Both the position numbers and the translations under genes were made by a program. DNA of 57,197 nt, counting the filler, from Dugesia japonica (Eukaryota), in assembly GCA_001938525.1 (NCBI GenBank). It is 5 parts of 5 records of this genome, joined end to end, with 100 filler letters (N's around TTAATTAATTAA, not from the genome) between each part and the next. Parts side by side here need not be neighbours in the genome. Positions count along the whole stretch, not along the records: positions 10,052 to 24,557 come from MQRL01613272.1; positions 24,658 to 35,822 come from MQRL01590658.1; positions 35,923 to 48,281 come from MQRL01576177.1; 2 more parts are not named here. The stretch is one strand, 5' to 3'. The notes below the pieces were generated by a model that saw only the letters and a program-made list of their open reading frames with translations, had not been told where the DNA came from and searched no databases. The stretch's first letter is position 1. Each line of letters begins with the position of its first letter. This document shows, in pieces, positions 24,236 to 37,789 of this stretch.

Positions 24236-26109
24236 GTTTCATTTAATATTTTGTATTAATTTTATAAATTTTTATTATTGGGTATTCAGTGTAGATTTTN
24301 ACTGTCTGATTTTTGTCTATCCATTTTATATGGAATATAATTTCAAAATAATATATGATAATAATAATAAAATGAAAAGTGCAATATTTTAAAATTTTTA
24401 TTTATAAAACATGTTTTGGATAAATATGTATTCATTATCAGTTACTGTTGTAAATCAAGAAAGAAAACTGTTTATAAACGGGCCAATAAAACCTGTTGCG
24501 CAATCAATTCAATAAGATTAAAATTTATAAGTGAGTATAAATAAATTTAGCTCCTTCNNNNNNNNNNNNNNNNNNNNNNNNNNNNNNNNNNNNNNNNNNN
24601 NTTAATTAATTAANNNNNNNNNNNNNNNNNNNNNNNNNNNNNNNNNNNNNNNNNNNNTTGTATTAAAGTTTTAAAACAAAATGATTGCCAGACTGATAAT
24701 ATTTTTCCGGCTTTGGATAGAGTCACATAGAGCATCAATTAGGCCACAATAGTATCATATCGAAAAGTAACTAATTTTGATTTTATTACGCAATTTGAAA
24801 TACAATTTGAAAGCATCTTTAAATAAATTCATATACAATTGAAATTCTGTTATATAACAAGATGTAATAAATATATACGAATCTGTGATGTCAATTTCAT
24901 CGCTATTCTGTTCTTTTGAAATAAAATAAACTCTGTACTAAAATCAGCTTCATAGCAAGATCATTTTTAGTCCTATGTGTGATTTAATTTTTGAGCCCTT
25001 CATATATGCAACTGAAAAAAATTGTTTACAAATTATGTTTCTTCGATATTCAAACATAGAAAATCAATATTATATATCGATATATTNNNNNNNNNNNNNN
25101 NNNNNNNNNNNNNNNNNNNNNNATTTTGTGCAAAGCTCCATGAGAAATACATTTTGTAACATTATTACTATATATCATTTTAAAAATAATTAAATATTCT
25201 ATTTAATTTATAAAAATAGAAATAATAATATTTTGAATTATTATAAATTATTAAAATATTGAAACCTTAAAATCTTTACCTTTGATGCTTTATTTCACCT
25301 GCATTGTTACGGTAACAGGTGAAATGTTTAATGACAATTAATAATTTTTGATTAATATATTATATTCCATAAATTTTGAAATATTTGTAAAAATATAATT
25401 ACTTTGTTTTCTATTTGTTTACTTTACATGAATGATTGATGTTTGTTTATGTTTATTGTTAATTTCTTTTCTAAATGCACGTAAACAATTTGACATTGTG
25501 ATGTTTTTGAAGAAAATTTAAAAAAAACAATTGATTTATTNNNNNNNNNNNNNTTTATTGATTGTTCTTTTAATTAATAGAAAATATTTTTATTCTTCAT
25601 AAATTCCATTACCCACATAACAAATTTTGTCTCACTCTAATAAGATTTCAATTATTTCTTAATTGCTGTACACACAGTTATTCCGACTCGGCCATTGAAC
25701 ATGAAATTCTCTTTCATTTTAAATAATAATAAACCAGTAAAATTAATTTTTATAAAGAAAATTGTTTTTTAAGTTGCGTTTATAACATTTGTTTGTTTTT
25801 TTTTTCTCAGAAAAATGCTATTTTTTAATTGTCCAATATTTATTAATCTTTGCTTTTATTTCAAAAACTAATATAAATTGAACACTATAATTAAATGACA
25901 AATTGAGTAATTTTTTTTTGTATTTATTTTCTTGCTATCTGATAATTAATTAATTTCGACCACATTCAACTTCATCGCTGTGAAAATTTTTTTTTCAAAT
26001 TTTTTGTTAATTTTGCAATTTCTTTGAAAAAAAAATAAAACAAATTAATGAACATTGAATTCATTAAAAAAATTCNNNNNNNNNNNNNNNNNNNNNNNNN
26101 NNNNNNNNT

Positions 26110-26660
26110 GTGACGTCTATGTGAAAACGCCAATGCAAAAACTGGTTCAAAAAAATTTCGTTCTGGTAATTTGTGTGTTGAAAACTCCCCACAGGTTTAG
26201 GAAAACCCGTTGAAGCTAATTAAGAGAAAATAAAGGCATTGATTTAAGTAAACCGCCAAATCATGACACGACATATTGTTAGGAAATTAAATTTGTTGAA
26301 TTCATCTGTTTATGATCAAGTGATACGGCTAAGTTTTGTTTAAAAGCTCGATATATTGGTATCTCACCTTCTTGAAAAATGAGATCTACTCCATTGGATT
26401 GACATCTATGATTTGCTTCTTAAATGTCAAGTAAATTATCCATTTTTAAACAGTTCATAACTGGTGACGAAACATGGATTGTTTACAACAATTTGAAACA
26501 CAAGCAATCATGGTATAGAAAAGATGAGCCTGGGTAAAGCACTTCCAATATTGATATTCATCAAAAAAGTGATGCTCTCTGTCTGGTTTGATTTTAAGGG
26601 TATTATTTATTTTGAGTTTTTAGCAGACAATTCCACAATTGATTCTAAAGAGGACTGCAG
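26110..26660 (+). mobile_element. Mariner transposase fragment
   Basis: QNWFKKFRSGN; ITGDETWIVYNN; IHQKKVMLSVWFDFKGIIYFEFL. Confidence 0.9.
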
Positions 26661-27218
26661 TTGTAATTTCAAATTCTCCATTCGCTAAAGATATTGTTTC
26701 ATTTTCTGTTAAAGTATTGGTGATATCATTATACAACCACGAAGGACAAATATTAATCTCCTCCAAAACATGACATTTTAAAAGGAAATTAATTTAATTA
26801 TTTTAATTGTAAATAACGACTGTAATTATTTAAGGCATTAAAATTTGACATTTGATCTTGATTAACATGTTTTTGAAATATGATTTTCAATGTTTTCTTT
26901 TTACTTCTTAATTCATGATAAGCTATACTTATTCATTACATTTAATTTTAATATCATTTGAAGATTGTATGTTCTCAATGTCCTTTAAAATATTCGTTTC
27001 TTTTGTAAAAGGTTTTTCTTATTATTTTCTGACATAAACTTAATTTGGTCATAATTTAATGAAACTAATTTAAAAAATTATTTATCGAAAATTCTAGGAA
27101 AGATTTTTTTTAATAGTCATTAAGCTTGTTGCTTAAATTCAGACTGAAATTTCAAAATTATAATTAAAATCGTGGTTGCTTAAATTGTAAGAATACTGTA
27201 TGTCAATAACCTATTATA

Positions 27219-27698
27219 TTAGGATGAGTCATAAGTTCGCGAGAACATTTAATCAAACCTTTTATTAGATAACTCAACAACTAAAAAAGATTATATTTCA
27301 AAATAAACGCCACTATATTCACATTGAATCCAACGTTGTGCAAGTTCCTCAATTCCATAACTTTATCATCCCTTTTCAAAAAATTTGCGACACTCAATTT
27401 CCAGGTTTTCTAGATTGTGAAAGGTTCGTCCCCATAAGAAATATGCCATAGATCTGAATAAGGTAATGTATTTCTTCCAAAAAAAAATTGTTAAAGACAC
27501 TCTAATTTCCATTTTTCCTAAAAACCATAAGATTTGTTTGTTAATTTATTAGGAACAAATTATTTAAACTAAATAAAGAGTATTTCAATGGCTTTACATG
27601 GATGTATAACGATAAATATATAAATAATATTTACTGATGAGTTTTATTGAATTCAATACAAAGCAAAAAAGTGCCCGCGACTTTATGACTCATTCTAA
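27219..27698 (-). mobile_element. Internally deleted mariner with TIRs and TA TSD
   Basis: TA|TTAGGATGAGTCATAAGTTCGCG ... CGCGACTTTATGACTCATTCTAA|TA; transposase C-terminus LFRSMAYFL...GIEELAQRW. Confidence 0.85.
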
Positions 27699-28249
27699 TA
27701 CAATTTGTTGCAAAAAATGTGATCTTACTTTTATAATTGCTAATTTGCTATTTTTAATTTTGAAATTAAGGAAAAAAATCAATAAAATCTAAGTTAATTT
27801 TGTAATGAAAATGTAGTGTTTCTCAATTTATCAATTTTTCTCAATCTGTGCGATATTTCGAATTAATATTTGAAATTTATTTGTTGAAATTTCATCTTTA
27901 AATTTTTAAATTAAAATATATTGTAAGCATAGATAAAGATGATTAAATAGTTTGAGATTTCAAATTAAATTTTTTAAATTTTAAAAATAAATTCACTTTA
28001 AATAAAATAATTTGTTAAAACACTGATAAAAATATTTTTTAGATTTTAAAATACTTATAATAAACTGTTTTTTTTGTAATAAAAATTTGTAAATAAAAAT
28101 TTATGGTAAAACTTTTGAAATATTTTTGGTTTGTAAAATTAAGAGATATTTATTCCTGTCAAAAAATCACAAATTTTTAAATTTAGTAATGATAAAAATT
28201 TATCTTGAAAATTGAAGTTGAGTTGCAGATTATTTGTCTCCATATTTTT

Positions 28250-28515
28250 TGTTAGTTACTGATAAACTTTCTGAAAAGTCCATTAAAGTCAACAAAATTT
28301 TATCTATGAAATTTTAAATCTTAAAAATCTATTTAAATAAAGTTGTTTAAATATTTTTAAAAAATTATTGAAATCTTTTTTAGCATTTTCTTCTTCAAAC
28401 TTTAATTTGCAATTTCAATTTTTAATCCTTACATCCCCATCGATTAAAATAAGCTTTTCTACGTTCCTTTCTAGTACTTTTCCATTTGCATTTCGTATAC
28501 AATATCTTCTCTCAT
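28250..28515 (-). mobile_element. Truncated copy (LTR 28250-28433, PPT, 3' internal) of the Gypsy family at 15021-17819
   Basis: Closely similar TGTTAGTTACTGAT...AATCCTTACA-TCCCC..CGATTAAAA sequence. Confidence 0.9.
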
Positions 28516-28595
28516 TTGTTTTTATTAATAAAACATTGGATAATAAAATTCTTAAATTTTACGATGAACGTCTCAGATTCCTCTATTAATTATGT

Positions 28596-28948
28596 CAGTA
28601 GCTCCCAAACTGTGGTGGGTGAACCACTGAACCTATCACGCGAACAGGTGATAGGTGGTTCACCAAAACATTTTCAAATTCTTTAATTTAAATATTTTTT
28701 TATTTACCAAATTAACCTTTAATTGAATTTTTATCGATTGAAAAAGAGAGTCTTGTAATAAAATTTAATTTAATTTTTAATTAACTCATTTAATTACTGC
28801 AAACATTGCCTTGTATGACATTTAAGTATACAGAACAACAATTCACATCTTTTACAAGGTATTTTTAGGCAAAGAAAAAATAGGTGATTCGCCAATTTTG
28901 TTTTGGTCATTAGGTGGTACCTGAGAAAAAAAAGATTAAGAACCCCTG
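28596..28948. mobile_element. hAT (Buster-type) MITE
   Basis: CAG...CTG termini; perfect 8-bp TSD AATTATGT; right end AAAGATTAAGAACCCCTG resembles that of the 37790-40259 element. Confidence 0.9.
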
Positions 28949-29959
28949 AATTATGTAATAATAGTTATAATAATTATTATAATTACTCTACCAATAAACA
29001 AAGATTTGATTTATGAAATATAACAGTGAATCGGTTTTTTATAATAATAATTTCATAATTTGGTAACTAATATAAATTATTATTAGTTTATTATTCTAAT
29101 AAATATCTATAACCTCTATTTATATTTCATTATTACCTTAAGAAAAGTATATTATAATTGTTCTATGGATTCAATGAATTATTTTTGTTATTTTATTGAA
29201 GCTTTTATTTTTTTTAATCAGCTTTCTCTGTAGTTATTCTGCTCTTTGATTTATTTTAGAATTTTAGAAAATTCATAGAAATATATTAATAATATATTTA
29301 TTTATTGATGACGTTTTAGAATTATTAATTTNNNNNNNNNNNNNNNNNNNAAAGCAATTTTCTAAAAAAAAGCAAATGATATTGGTCATCGTTATCAACT
29401 ATTTTCCTGTATCGATTTAATTAATCAAGCATAATTTTCAGTTTATTTTTCAATTAGTTCGTTTAGGGTTAATGGATTCAAAATATTCATGCGTTTCTAT
29501 GGTTACGGAGAAAAGGAAGAGAATATGAATCCAGATTAAATCTTTGTTTTTTTTACTGAATATGATTGTTTATAAGTAGATATTTTTCACACTTGTTTCT
29601 ATTTAATTAGTCCGTTTTGTCTTAAATTTTAAGCATTTTGTGAAAATTATCAATATATTTGATTAATAGANGTGTAATTATATGAATTAAAATTATAATA
29701 ACGTTGAATGAATTCTAATGGAAAATAAGAAATGTAATAATATATACTAAAGTAATTTCTGATGATCTAGGAATTGTTATGGAGTGGAAATCTTTTTCAT
29801 ATTAAAGATATACATTAAAATAAAGATTTTAAAAACAGATTTTGTAGTATATAATTTTATGGGGCTTTAAAGTTAATGACCGTCTTGGGCGGCACAAAGT
29901 CTAATTGCGGTTTAAAGAGCTTCAATTCATGAGTTCTTTGAAAAATAATGTTTTTTTTA

Positions 29960-30250
29960 TATTGGGTTGGAGCAAAAGTTCATAGAGGTTTCACAATATT
30001 GTGTTTTAACGGCTAAACGAGATTATATTATAAACGAGATTGTATTTACTTCATAATTTGGAATTATTATTCATATTGATTTTCAATTTTAAAATTACAT
30101 AATCAGCATACGAAATAGAATTAAAATAAATGCATTCAGGCACTTTATGTTATATTATTTCCGAAAAGAATAAAAATGGTTCGCCAATGAAAATGAAGAT
30201 TTGTTCTGTTTATGGAGATAATGCCGTTCTACTAACTTTTGTTCCTACCC
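29960..30250 (+). mobile_element. Mariner left end plus N-terminal HTH fragment
   Basis: TATTGGGTTGGAGCAAAAGTTC TIR-like start; HFMLYYFRK...KICSVYGDNAV. Confidence 0.6.
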
Positions 30251-31315
30251 TGTATAATTTCGTGGTTTATTATATAATTTGATTTCACTAGTTTTCCATA
30301 ATTCATATTGATTTTCGTATGACAATGTCTGGTCTTTTATTCACCTTTTAATACAACACCCAAACATTTTAAATTACATTAAAATTAAATGAATTTTTTG
30401 GCCATTTTAATTTTNNNNNNNNNNNNNNNNNNNNNNNNNNNNNNNNNNNNNNNNNNNNNNNNNNNNNNNNNNNNNNNNNNNNNNNNNNNNNNNNNNNNNN
30501 NNNNNNNNNNNNNNNNNNNNNNNNTATTTGTTTATAATAATTTTAATTAATATATTGCGACAATATAAGTGCGACAATATTTTGCGACAAAATAAGCATA
30601 TTAAAGGTGTATTAAATTTAAACTATCGGTTGTTGATTTCTATCTGTTTTATATTTTTAATAAAAAAAGATCAAAATAAACACAAAATATTGTTATTATG
30701 ATAATTCTTTTAGNNNNNNNNNNNNNNNNNNNNNNNNNNNNNNNNNNNNNNNNNNNNNNNNNNATAAATGCAATTTATTATGTTTATATTTCTTTTATTT
30801 GTTTATAATAATTTTAATTAATATATTGCGACAATATTTTGCCACAAAATAAGCATATTAAAGGTGTATTAAATTTAAACTATCGGTTGTTGATTTCTAT
30901 CTTTTTATATTTTTAATAAAAAAAGATCAAAATAAACACAAAATATTGTCATTATGATAATTCTTTTAGTATTGAATTATTTTAAATGAAGTACAGTAGA
31001 AATTGATGAAATTATTATTGAAACTATTGAAGGAATAATATTATGAAAATTGTTAAATTATTAAAATGTTGAATAAACAAGAAGAATTATTCACTTGTAA
31101 ACATTTTTTATAAATATAATATTAAATTAAATTTTATTTTTTATCGCGATTTAATATATTTCGTGATAATGTTTGTGGTGTTGTGGAGTAAATGGAAAAT
31201 TACGGGAAAAATTGATTTTCATTTTCATCTATTGTTTCAAATTTCAATTAATATTGTTTTCTGTCTTTTTAACATACGATTTTAATTAATTTTTATGAAA
31301 ACTAATTATTTTCAG

Positions 31316-31533
31316 GCTACTGCATATATGAGACAAACAAAATATAAAGATGCAGAATTAGTCTATAAAGAAATAATTAATGAAGTTCACGAGCAATTTT
31401 GTGGAGAAATTGCAGCAAATAATAAACCTATATGGATGTTGGCAGAAGAGAGACAGCATGGTTTAGTTGGTGGAAATTTCAACACGCAAAGAGACGAGAA
31501 AGAATCGTGGGAAAGAATCCATAAAAAAAAATG
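31316..31533 (+). CDS. KLC: Kinesin light chain exon (TPR5 region)
   Basis: ttcAG acceptor; ATAYMRQTKYKDAELVYKEII...NKPIWMLAEER versus KLC ASCYLKQGKY..AE.LYKEIL...NKPIWMHAEER. Confidence 0.85.
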
Positions 31534-31926
31534 GTTAAAGTTTTTATTTACTTTATATTTAATAATATTTTTGTAATTAATATAATGTGTTGGAATAATG
31601 TTTCAAATCATTTAAGATACAGTGATTGAATTAATAATTATTTTATAATAATAATTAATAAATAATAATTAATAACACCTTAGTAAATCATGTATCGCAC
31701 ATTTTTTGAAATAATTTTTGAGCGACAAAAATATTAGCTTTGCGGACTCGTCAAAAAATTTATTATTATTAATAGTAGTATTATAATTATTATTGTTATT
31801 ATTATTATTTATTATAATTATTATTATTTATATTATTATTATGAATATTATGATTTATCAAATATGCAACAAACGATGGCAAATGTTTATTACAAAATAA
31901 ATAACGCCATTTAAAATAAAACTTTA

Positions 31927-31967
31927 TTGTTATATATTTCGACGGATAAACCGTCATCATCAGACAA
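31927..31967 (-). ncRNA. Hammerhead ribozyme (isolated PLE terminal fragment) in the KLC intron
   Basis: Minus strand TTGT-CTGATGA-T-GACGG tttat CCGTC-GAAA-TATA-TA-ACAA with perfect stems I and II. Confidence 0.85.
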
Positions 31968-32262
31968 AAATTAATAAATGAGTTTATTCAGTCTGTTTTA
32001 TTTAAACAAANNNNNNNNNNNNNNNNNNNNNNNNNNNNNNNNATTCTTAATTTTAAAATTTCTTCATTTTTTAATTGTTTAAAAATATTTCAATAAAACA
32101 AATTAATTTATAATATTTAATTAAAATTACTATTACTTATAAAATCAAAGATGTTTTCCCAAAAATATTTAAAAATTTTTTTAATTTTAGATTATATTAA
32201 AATTATTTTAAAACCTATGAAGTAAGAAAAATTGAAATCTATTTTAAAAAATCTATTTACTG

Positions 32263-32268
32263 TTATTA

Positions 32269-32324
<56 letters not shown>
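32263..32324. repeat. (TAT)n microsatellite; similar tracts at ~34920-35017, 35755-35822 and 41750-41975
   Basis: Seen directly. Confidence 0.95.
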
Positions 32325-33664
32325 NNNNNNNNNNNNNNNNNNNNNNNNNNNNNNNNNNNNNNNNNNNNNNNNNNNNNNNNNNNNNNNNNNNNNNNNNNNN
32401 NNNNNNNNTAGCATTATTATTTTTTTAAGCTATTTTTTTGGGTTTAATATTTGCAATTCTACCTTTTTGATATTTAAAGTGTTTATAAATTTTTTAATTG
32501 ATTTTAATATTTTAAAATGTTTTTTAATTTTCATCAATAAAATCTTTTAAAGTTAAATTTATTTTATGTTTAATTAATTTTTAAATAAAGTTATATTTTT
32601 TAAGTATTAATTTAATTGGTTTGAATTAAAGATAGGAAAATTGCAAAAAATAAATTTTGAAGCAAGAAGTTGAGAGTAATATTTGAAACAATGAAAAGGG
32701 TCAAATTTTTTTCATATATAAAGTTTTGATTGGAAAATCTGTTAAAAAAAATATTGCTTTAACTAATACTTGGCTTTTTGTGATATAATAGAAATTGGCA
32801 ATTAAAGAAAACATTTTCAATCATTAGATGCAGAAGTGTCCAGTCTTTTTAAGCTCAGAGGCACAATCAGATTTCCTCGAGATAATGCGGTCTCAAAGTA
32901 CTATGATGACATGGTTATTATTTTTAATAGTCTTAGAAACCTAATAAAGAAAACTTAATATAATTAACTTTTAGTTGAACTTACGAAATTTTTTTTCAAT
33001 GAATAAATCTTAAAAATCTATTTAAATACATTTCTATGATATGTTCAGCAGGTCTAAAATGTCAAATCTAATCTTTATTAGATTCCAACTAAGATAAATA
33101 AATTGTCAGTATATAATAAATAAACTTTATTAATGCAAGCAATAATATGTAATATGTTTAACACAAAAACCAGTTGATTGTTGAAAAATTCATAGTAAAA
33201 CTATATAAATAAATTAACATTACTTTTAATTAGTGAATTGATAATTAAAATAAAAGCTTCNNNNNNNNNNNNNNNNNNNNNNNNNNNNNNNNNNNNNNNN
33301 NNNNNNNNNNNNNNNNNNNNNNNNNNNNNNNNNNNNNNNNNNNNNNNNNNNNNNNNNNNNNNNNNNNNNNNNNNNNNNNNNNNNNNNNNNNNNNNNNNNG
33401 AAGCTTTTATTTTAAATGAATTCTATAAAACAATCAATGGTTATGTCCAACAATTATTCTCGTAATAATTGCAATTGGGTTGATATTGTTTCAATATAAT
33501 TTATTTTGGTGAATCTTGTCGCGGGTGCAAGTTTCGACACCCCTGCAATATATAGTATGTGTGTAGTTTGTGGTTAGTGCAGATTTACTAATATCAACTA
33601 ATATTTTTAAATATTACTTGTAATGATTTTTTTTATATCAAAAGTATCTATTAGTAAATTTCAG

Positions 33665-33770
33665 GTCAAACATCTTTTCTCCATTGAAAAATCTTGCAGC
33701 TCTTTATCGATTGCAAAATAAAAATGAAGCGGCTGATATCGTAGAAAATTTCGCCAATGAAAATTCTCAG
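33665..33770 (+). CDS. KLC: Kinesin light chain exon (TPR6)
   Basis: cAG|G acceptor, CAG|GTAAAT donor, phase compatible with the previous exon; SNIFSPLKNLAALYRLQNKNEAADIVE versus SPTV.TTLKNLGALYRRQGKFEAAE.LE. Confidence 0.85.
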
Positions 33771-34159
33771 GTAAATCGAATTTGAAATTTCTAATATATA
33801 TTTTTTAAACTTTATTTGTTATAGTCTGACACTTTTTATTCCACTATGGTAATTCAGGTTTTTAATTTTAAAATTTTCGTGTTTTAATTATCTTTAATAC
33901 AAATTAAATGGATTTTTTTCTGTTGAAACACCATAACAAATACTTTTGGGATTTTCATTTTACATTCCCTGATTTTTGCTATAATTATGTGATTGTCATA
34001 TATTATGTTGTCCGATAAATTCTGTTGGTTTTTATTAACACACGTTTTTAATAACTTTTTACGCATTTTTTGAAGGTAATAAATATGAAACATATAATAA
34101 TAATGCGTAATAATAACTTTGTTTGAATATATTAGTTGATTTGGTTTGTTTACATTTGT

Positions 34160-34320
34160 TTTGCGTCATTTTCAAAAAGACATTTTACTTTTTTATTTCA
34201 AGAAAGGAAAATCAGTTCCAAATGCTTATACAAAAATATGTGATCTGTACGGTCCTGAGGCAATAACAAAATGTACTAGCCAAAATTGGTATAAAACTTT
34301 ATTTCTGGAAATTTCACACA
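34160..34320 (+). mobile_element. Mariner N-terminal fragment
   Basis: ILLFYFKKGKSVPNAYTKICDLYGPEAITKCTSQNWY. Confidence 0.7.
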
Positions 34321-34984
34321 TATTTTATATATTGAATTATTAGACCAAATACTTATGCTCAATAATAATGTTTTCCCTTAATAAAACATTTGAATTTCGG
34401 AAAGAATAAGATTTAGAAAACTAGGTATTTTAATAATAATGGTTAAGTAAATTATTGTGGTACAATACTTAATCTAAATGGGCTACCACCTGAAATATAA
34501 ATAAATAGTTAATATGTCAAGCGCATTACTGCAAGGCTTTAGGTAATATTTTTTATATTGATTCTAGTTTCAAAATAACATAGTTATTGGTAAAGTCTTT
34601 CAAAATTAATTTTTTTCATATCTATTATTTACATTGTTTTAATTGCAAATAAATATATCATTACTAGTACTCAAACTCTAAATACTTAGTATTGTAAATG
34701 AGTTACTCCTTTTCAATTATACATGTTATATTAGTTTATTAATAATAAAATTTTCACAGCCCCAAGATAATCTGTTAAAGAATGAAATTTTAAAAAAATT
34801 AATGTGCTAAAATGAAATTGTCTTTATAACGCCACAAACTTTGTCGAATAAGTAATTAATTTAATTAAAATTACCTGTAAATGTTTAGTTTTTGTCAAGA
34901 AAATAGTTTTATTATTAATATTATTATTATTATTNNNNNNNNNNNNNNNNNNNNNNNNNNNNNNNNNNNNNNNNNNNNNNNNNN

Positions 34985-35019
<35 letters not shown>

Positions 35020-35104
35020 TAAAATTAGTAGAAAATACTCCAAAATTAATAGAAAGTTGTTAAGTCATTTTAATGATGTTTATTTAATTGTGATTTAAGG
35101 AGCA

Positions 35105-35710
35105 ATGGATTGTGAAAATAATAAAAATATGTTAAATTCAATAAAAAAGACTAGGAAAGTGTTGAGTAAAGAAATTTTTGGTGTTTTAATAAAAATGTTA
35201 AAAAACAACAAAATCACCAAAGGAAATTCTGAAATCGTAGAAATATTCGTATAAACAGTGTATAAATTGCAGATTAAATATACAAAATGTAATGAAAATG
35301 CTTCGTAATTGGGATGCAAAAGAAGGGAAGAAAACGGACTGAACCAAATCTTGTATTGAAAGATAATATTTGTGAAATAATTCAATCCGACTGTAGACTC
35401 AGGCAAAAAAGTATTGGAGCTAAATTTCAGGAGAAAGGAATTAATATTTCTCAAAGCCATATTTCAATAGCATTGAATAAGGCAGAAATTAGTAGTAAAC
35501 AATTATGGAGAAAATCGGATATAATTACTTCTCTTGAAGTAATATCTCAAAGTAAATCATTTGACAGAGAAATACGTGGTATTAGAAATTCGAGAATATT
35601 ATTTTTGGAAGAGACTGTTTTTAATCTCCATACCAAAAAAAGTTATGATTACTCAACAAAAAACACCTACGCATATGGTTTCCGCTAGTAAAAGCAGGAA
35701 TATTTCCCTC
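35105..35710 (+). mobile_element. IS630/Tc1-like transposase fragment
   Basis: KKGRKR; HTH ISQSHISIALNKAEIS.K; ILFLEETVFNLHT..SYDYS (degenerate first Asp motif). Confidence 0.8.
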
Positions 35711-35758
35711 GAAATTTTCTTCATCTAAATTACTCCATACAAAATACAATTGATATTA

Positions 35759-35822
<64 letters not shown>

Positions 35823-37023
35823 NNNNNNNNNNNNNNNNNNNNNNNNNNNNNNNNNNNNNNNNNNNNTTAATTAATTAANNNNNNNNNNNNNNNNNNNNNN
35901 NNNNNNNNNNNNNNNNNNNNNNAAAATAATTAAAGATATATAAAGGTATTTTCAAATAAAGGTATTTCAAAATTAAAATTGATATTTTATATTATGTAAA
36001 ATTATAAAAATTATTTAATAAAATTAGGTTTAAAAATACTTATGATACAGGTAAAATAAAAGTATTTTGGAATTTAAAAAATCGATATTTTTATAAAAAT
36101 ATTTTATTAAAATTTCACAGATTATTTGTTTGAATACTGTGAATTGTTCTTCATCTATTTTTCACTTTAATCAAAAAACTTGTAAAAATCAATAAAAATT
36201 TTTGGAGAGTGGTGAGATTTTGAATTTCACTAATAATAATAATTAAAAGCATAATTATAATATAATATACAAGTTTAAATCATAAAATATGACAAAACAT
36301 TATTTGAAAATCACAGAGAAGACAAATTTAAATATTATTTAGTCATTTTCATCCTCTCAGCTTTTCTTCTAATAATATCCCATCGGCAAAATTAAAACTC
36401 TGAATTTTTTATATTTTTTAAAACAATATTTAATTCAATCAAAATACTTACTATTTTAAAATTTTTTTTAATAGGATAAGTTTTAATTTCTTTATCTAAA
36501 GTTTTAAAATTATTTTTTGGTTTCAATGTCGGTTCTTCAAAAATCCGTAGTAAAACTCTCTTCTCCTAAATTTTCAAAAAAGAACGTTTATCAAATAATA
36601 AAGGATTTGTAATAATAAAAAAATCAAAAGATATTTTCCTAAAAATATTTAATATAAATATAAATATAAATATAAATTCATTTAATGTAAAAGCTTTGGT
36701 GAAAATTTTGGTTTTTGAAAAAGTCAATTCCTGACAAAGACAAGGTCAAAATATCGAATTGTTATCCAATATCAATAAAAAAACCAAAAATTTTGATCAA
36801 AGCTTTTATATTAAATGAATTCNNNNNNNNNNNNNNNNNNNNNNNNNNNNNNNNNNNNNNNNNNNNNNNNNNNNNNNNNNNNNNNNNNNNNNNNNNNNNN
36901 NNNNNNNNNNNNNNNNNNNNNNNNNNNNNNNNNNNNNNNNNNNNNNNNNNNNNNNNNNNNNNNNNNNNNNNNNNNNNNNNNNNNNNNNNNNNNNNNNNNN
37001 NNNNNNNNNNNNNNNNNNNNNNN

Positions 37024-37092
37024 ATATAAATATAAATATAAATATAAATATAAATATAAATATAAATATAAATATAAATATAAATATAAATA
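37024..37092. repeat. (ATATAA)n microsatellite
   Basis: Seen directly. Confidence 0.95.
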
Positions 37093-37789
37093 AATATGAT
37101 ATGATATGATGATATTGTGGATTTTCTTTAAATTTTTATTATTTGAAAAAGTATCGATACATAATTTTTAATAATAAAGTTTAATAATTAACTTTCCACA
37201 AGAAAGCAATTTCCAGTTATTGACAAAATAATACATTGAATAACTATGATTATAAGATACAGATATTTAAAGTTTAAATTATATGATTATTAATAATTGA
37301 ATGAAGTGAAAAAATTTATTATTTTTAAAAATTTATAAGAAAATATTAATTAAACCATATAACATACACTCATGTTGCATATATTCGGTGTTCTAAATTA
37401 CTGGTTTCCTCATTAAATTACCCAATGCTTACAAATTCTGCCATCTTTCTCTGATCAAGTACATTATTTTTCTTCTGATTTACTTTTATTTATATTCTTG
37501 TTTTCTTATTTCTTTTTTATTTTCATTAAATTCAACATTTTCTCTGACTTCATTTTATTTTCTGATTATTTCTTTTTTTCGAGGACGCCGCCATGTTTAA
37601 ATTTTAATTAACCGTTTTTCGTCGTTTCTATTATTCATCTGTTTTTTTAAATTTTCTAATATATTTTTTATGTGCGTTCTAGCCCAACAAAAGTAAAACA
37701 AANNNNNNNNNNNNNNNNNNNNNNNNNNNNTTTATTAAATAAAGTTAGTTGAAAAGATTAAAGAAATAACGCGACGCAAACTACTAGGT

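Noticed and set aside
32831-33545. Possible hAT MITE with CAG...CCCCTG ends
   Set aside because: TIR match is poor, there is no TSD, and it spans an N gap.
36310-36405. Candidate cystatin exon 3 (..FCRWDIIRRK..)
   Set aside because: Out of frame with the nearest acceptor, and lacks the PW motif and second Cys.
32269-37093. Poly-Leu, poly-Ile and YK-repeat ORFs, and ORFs made mostly of X
   Set aside because: Microsatellite or N-gap artefacts.
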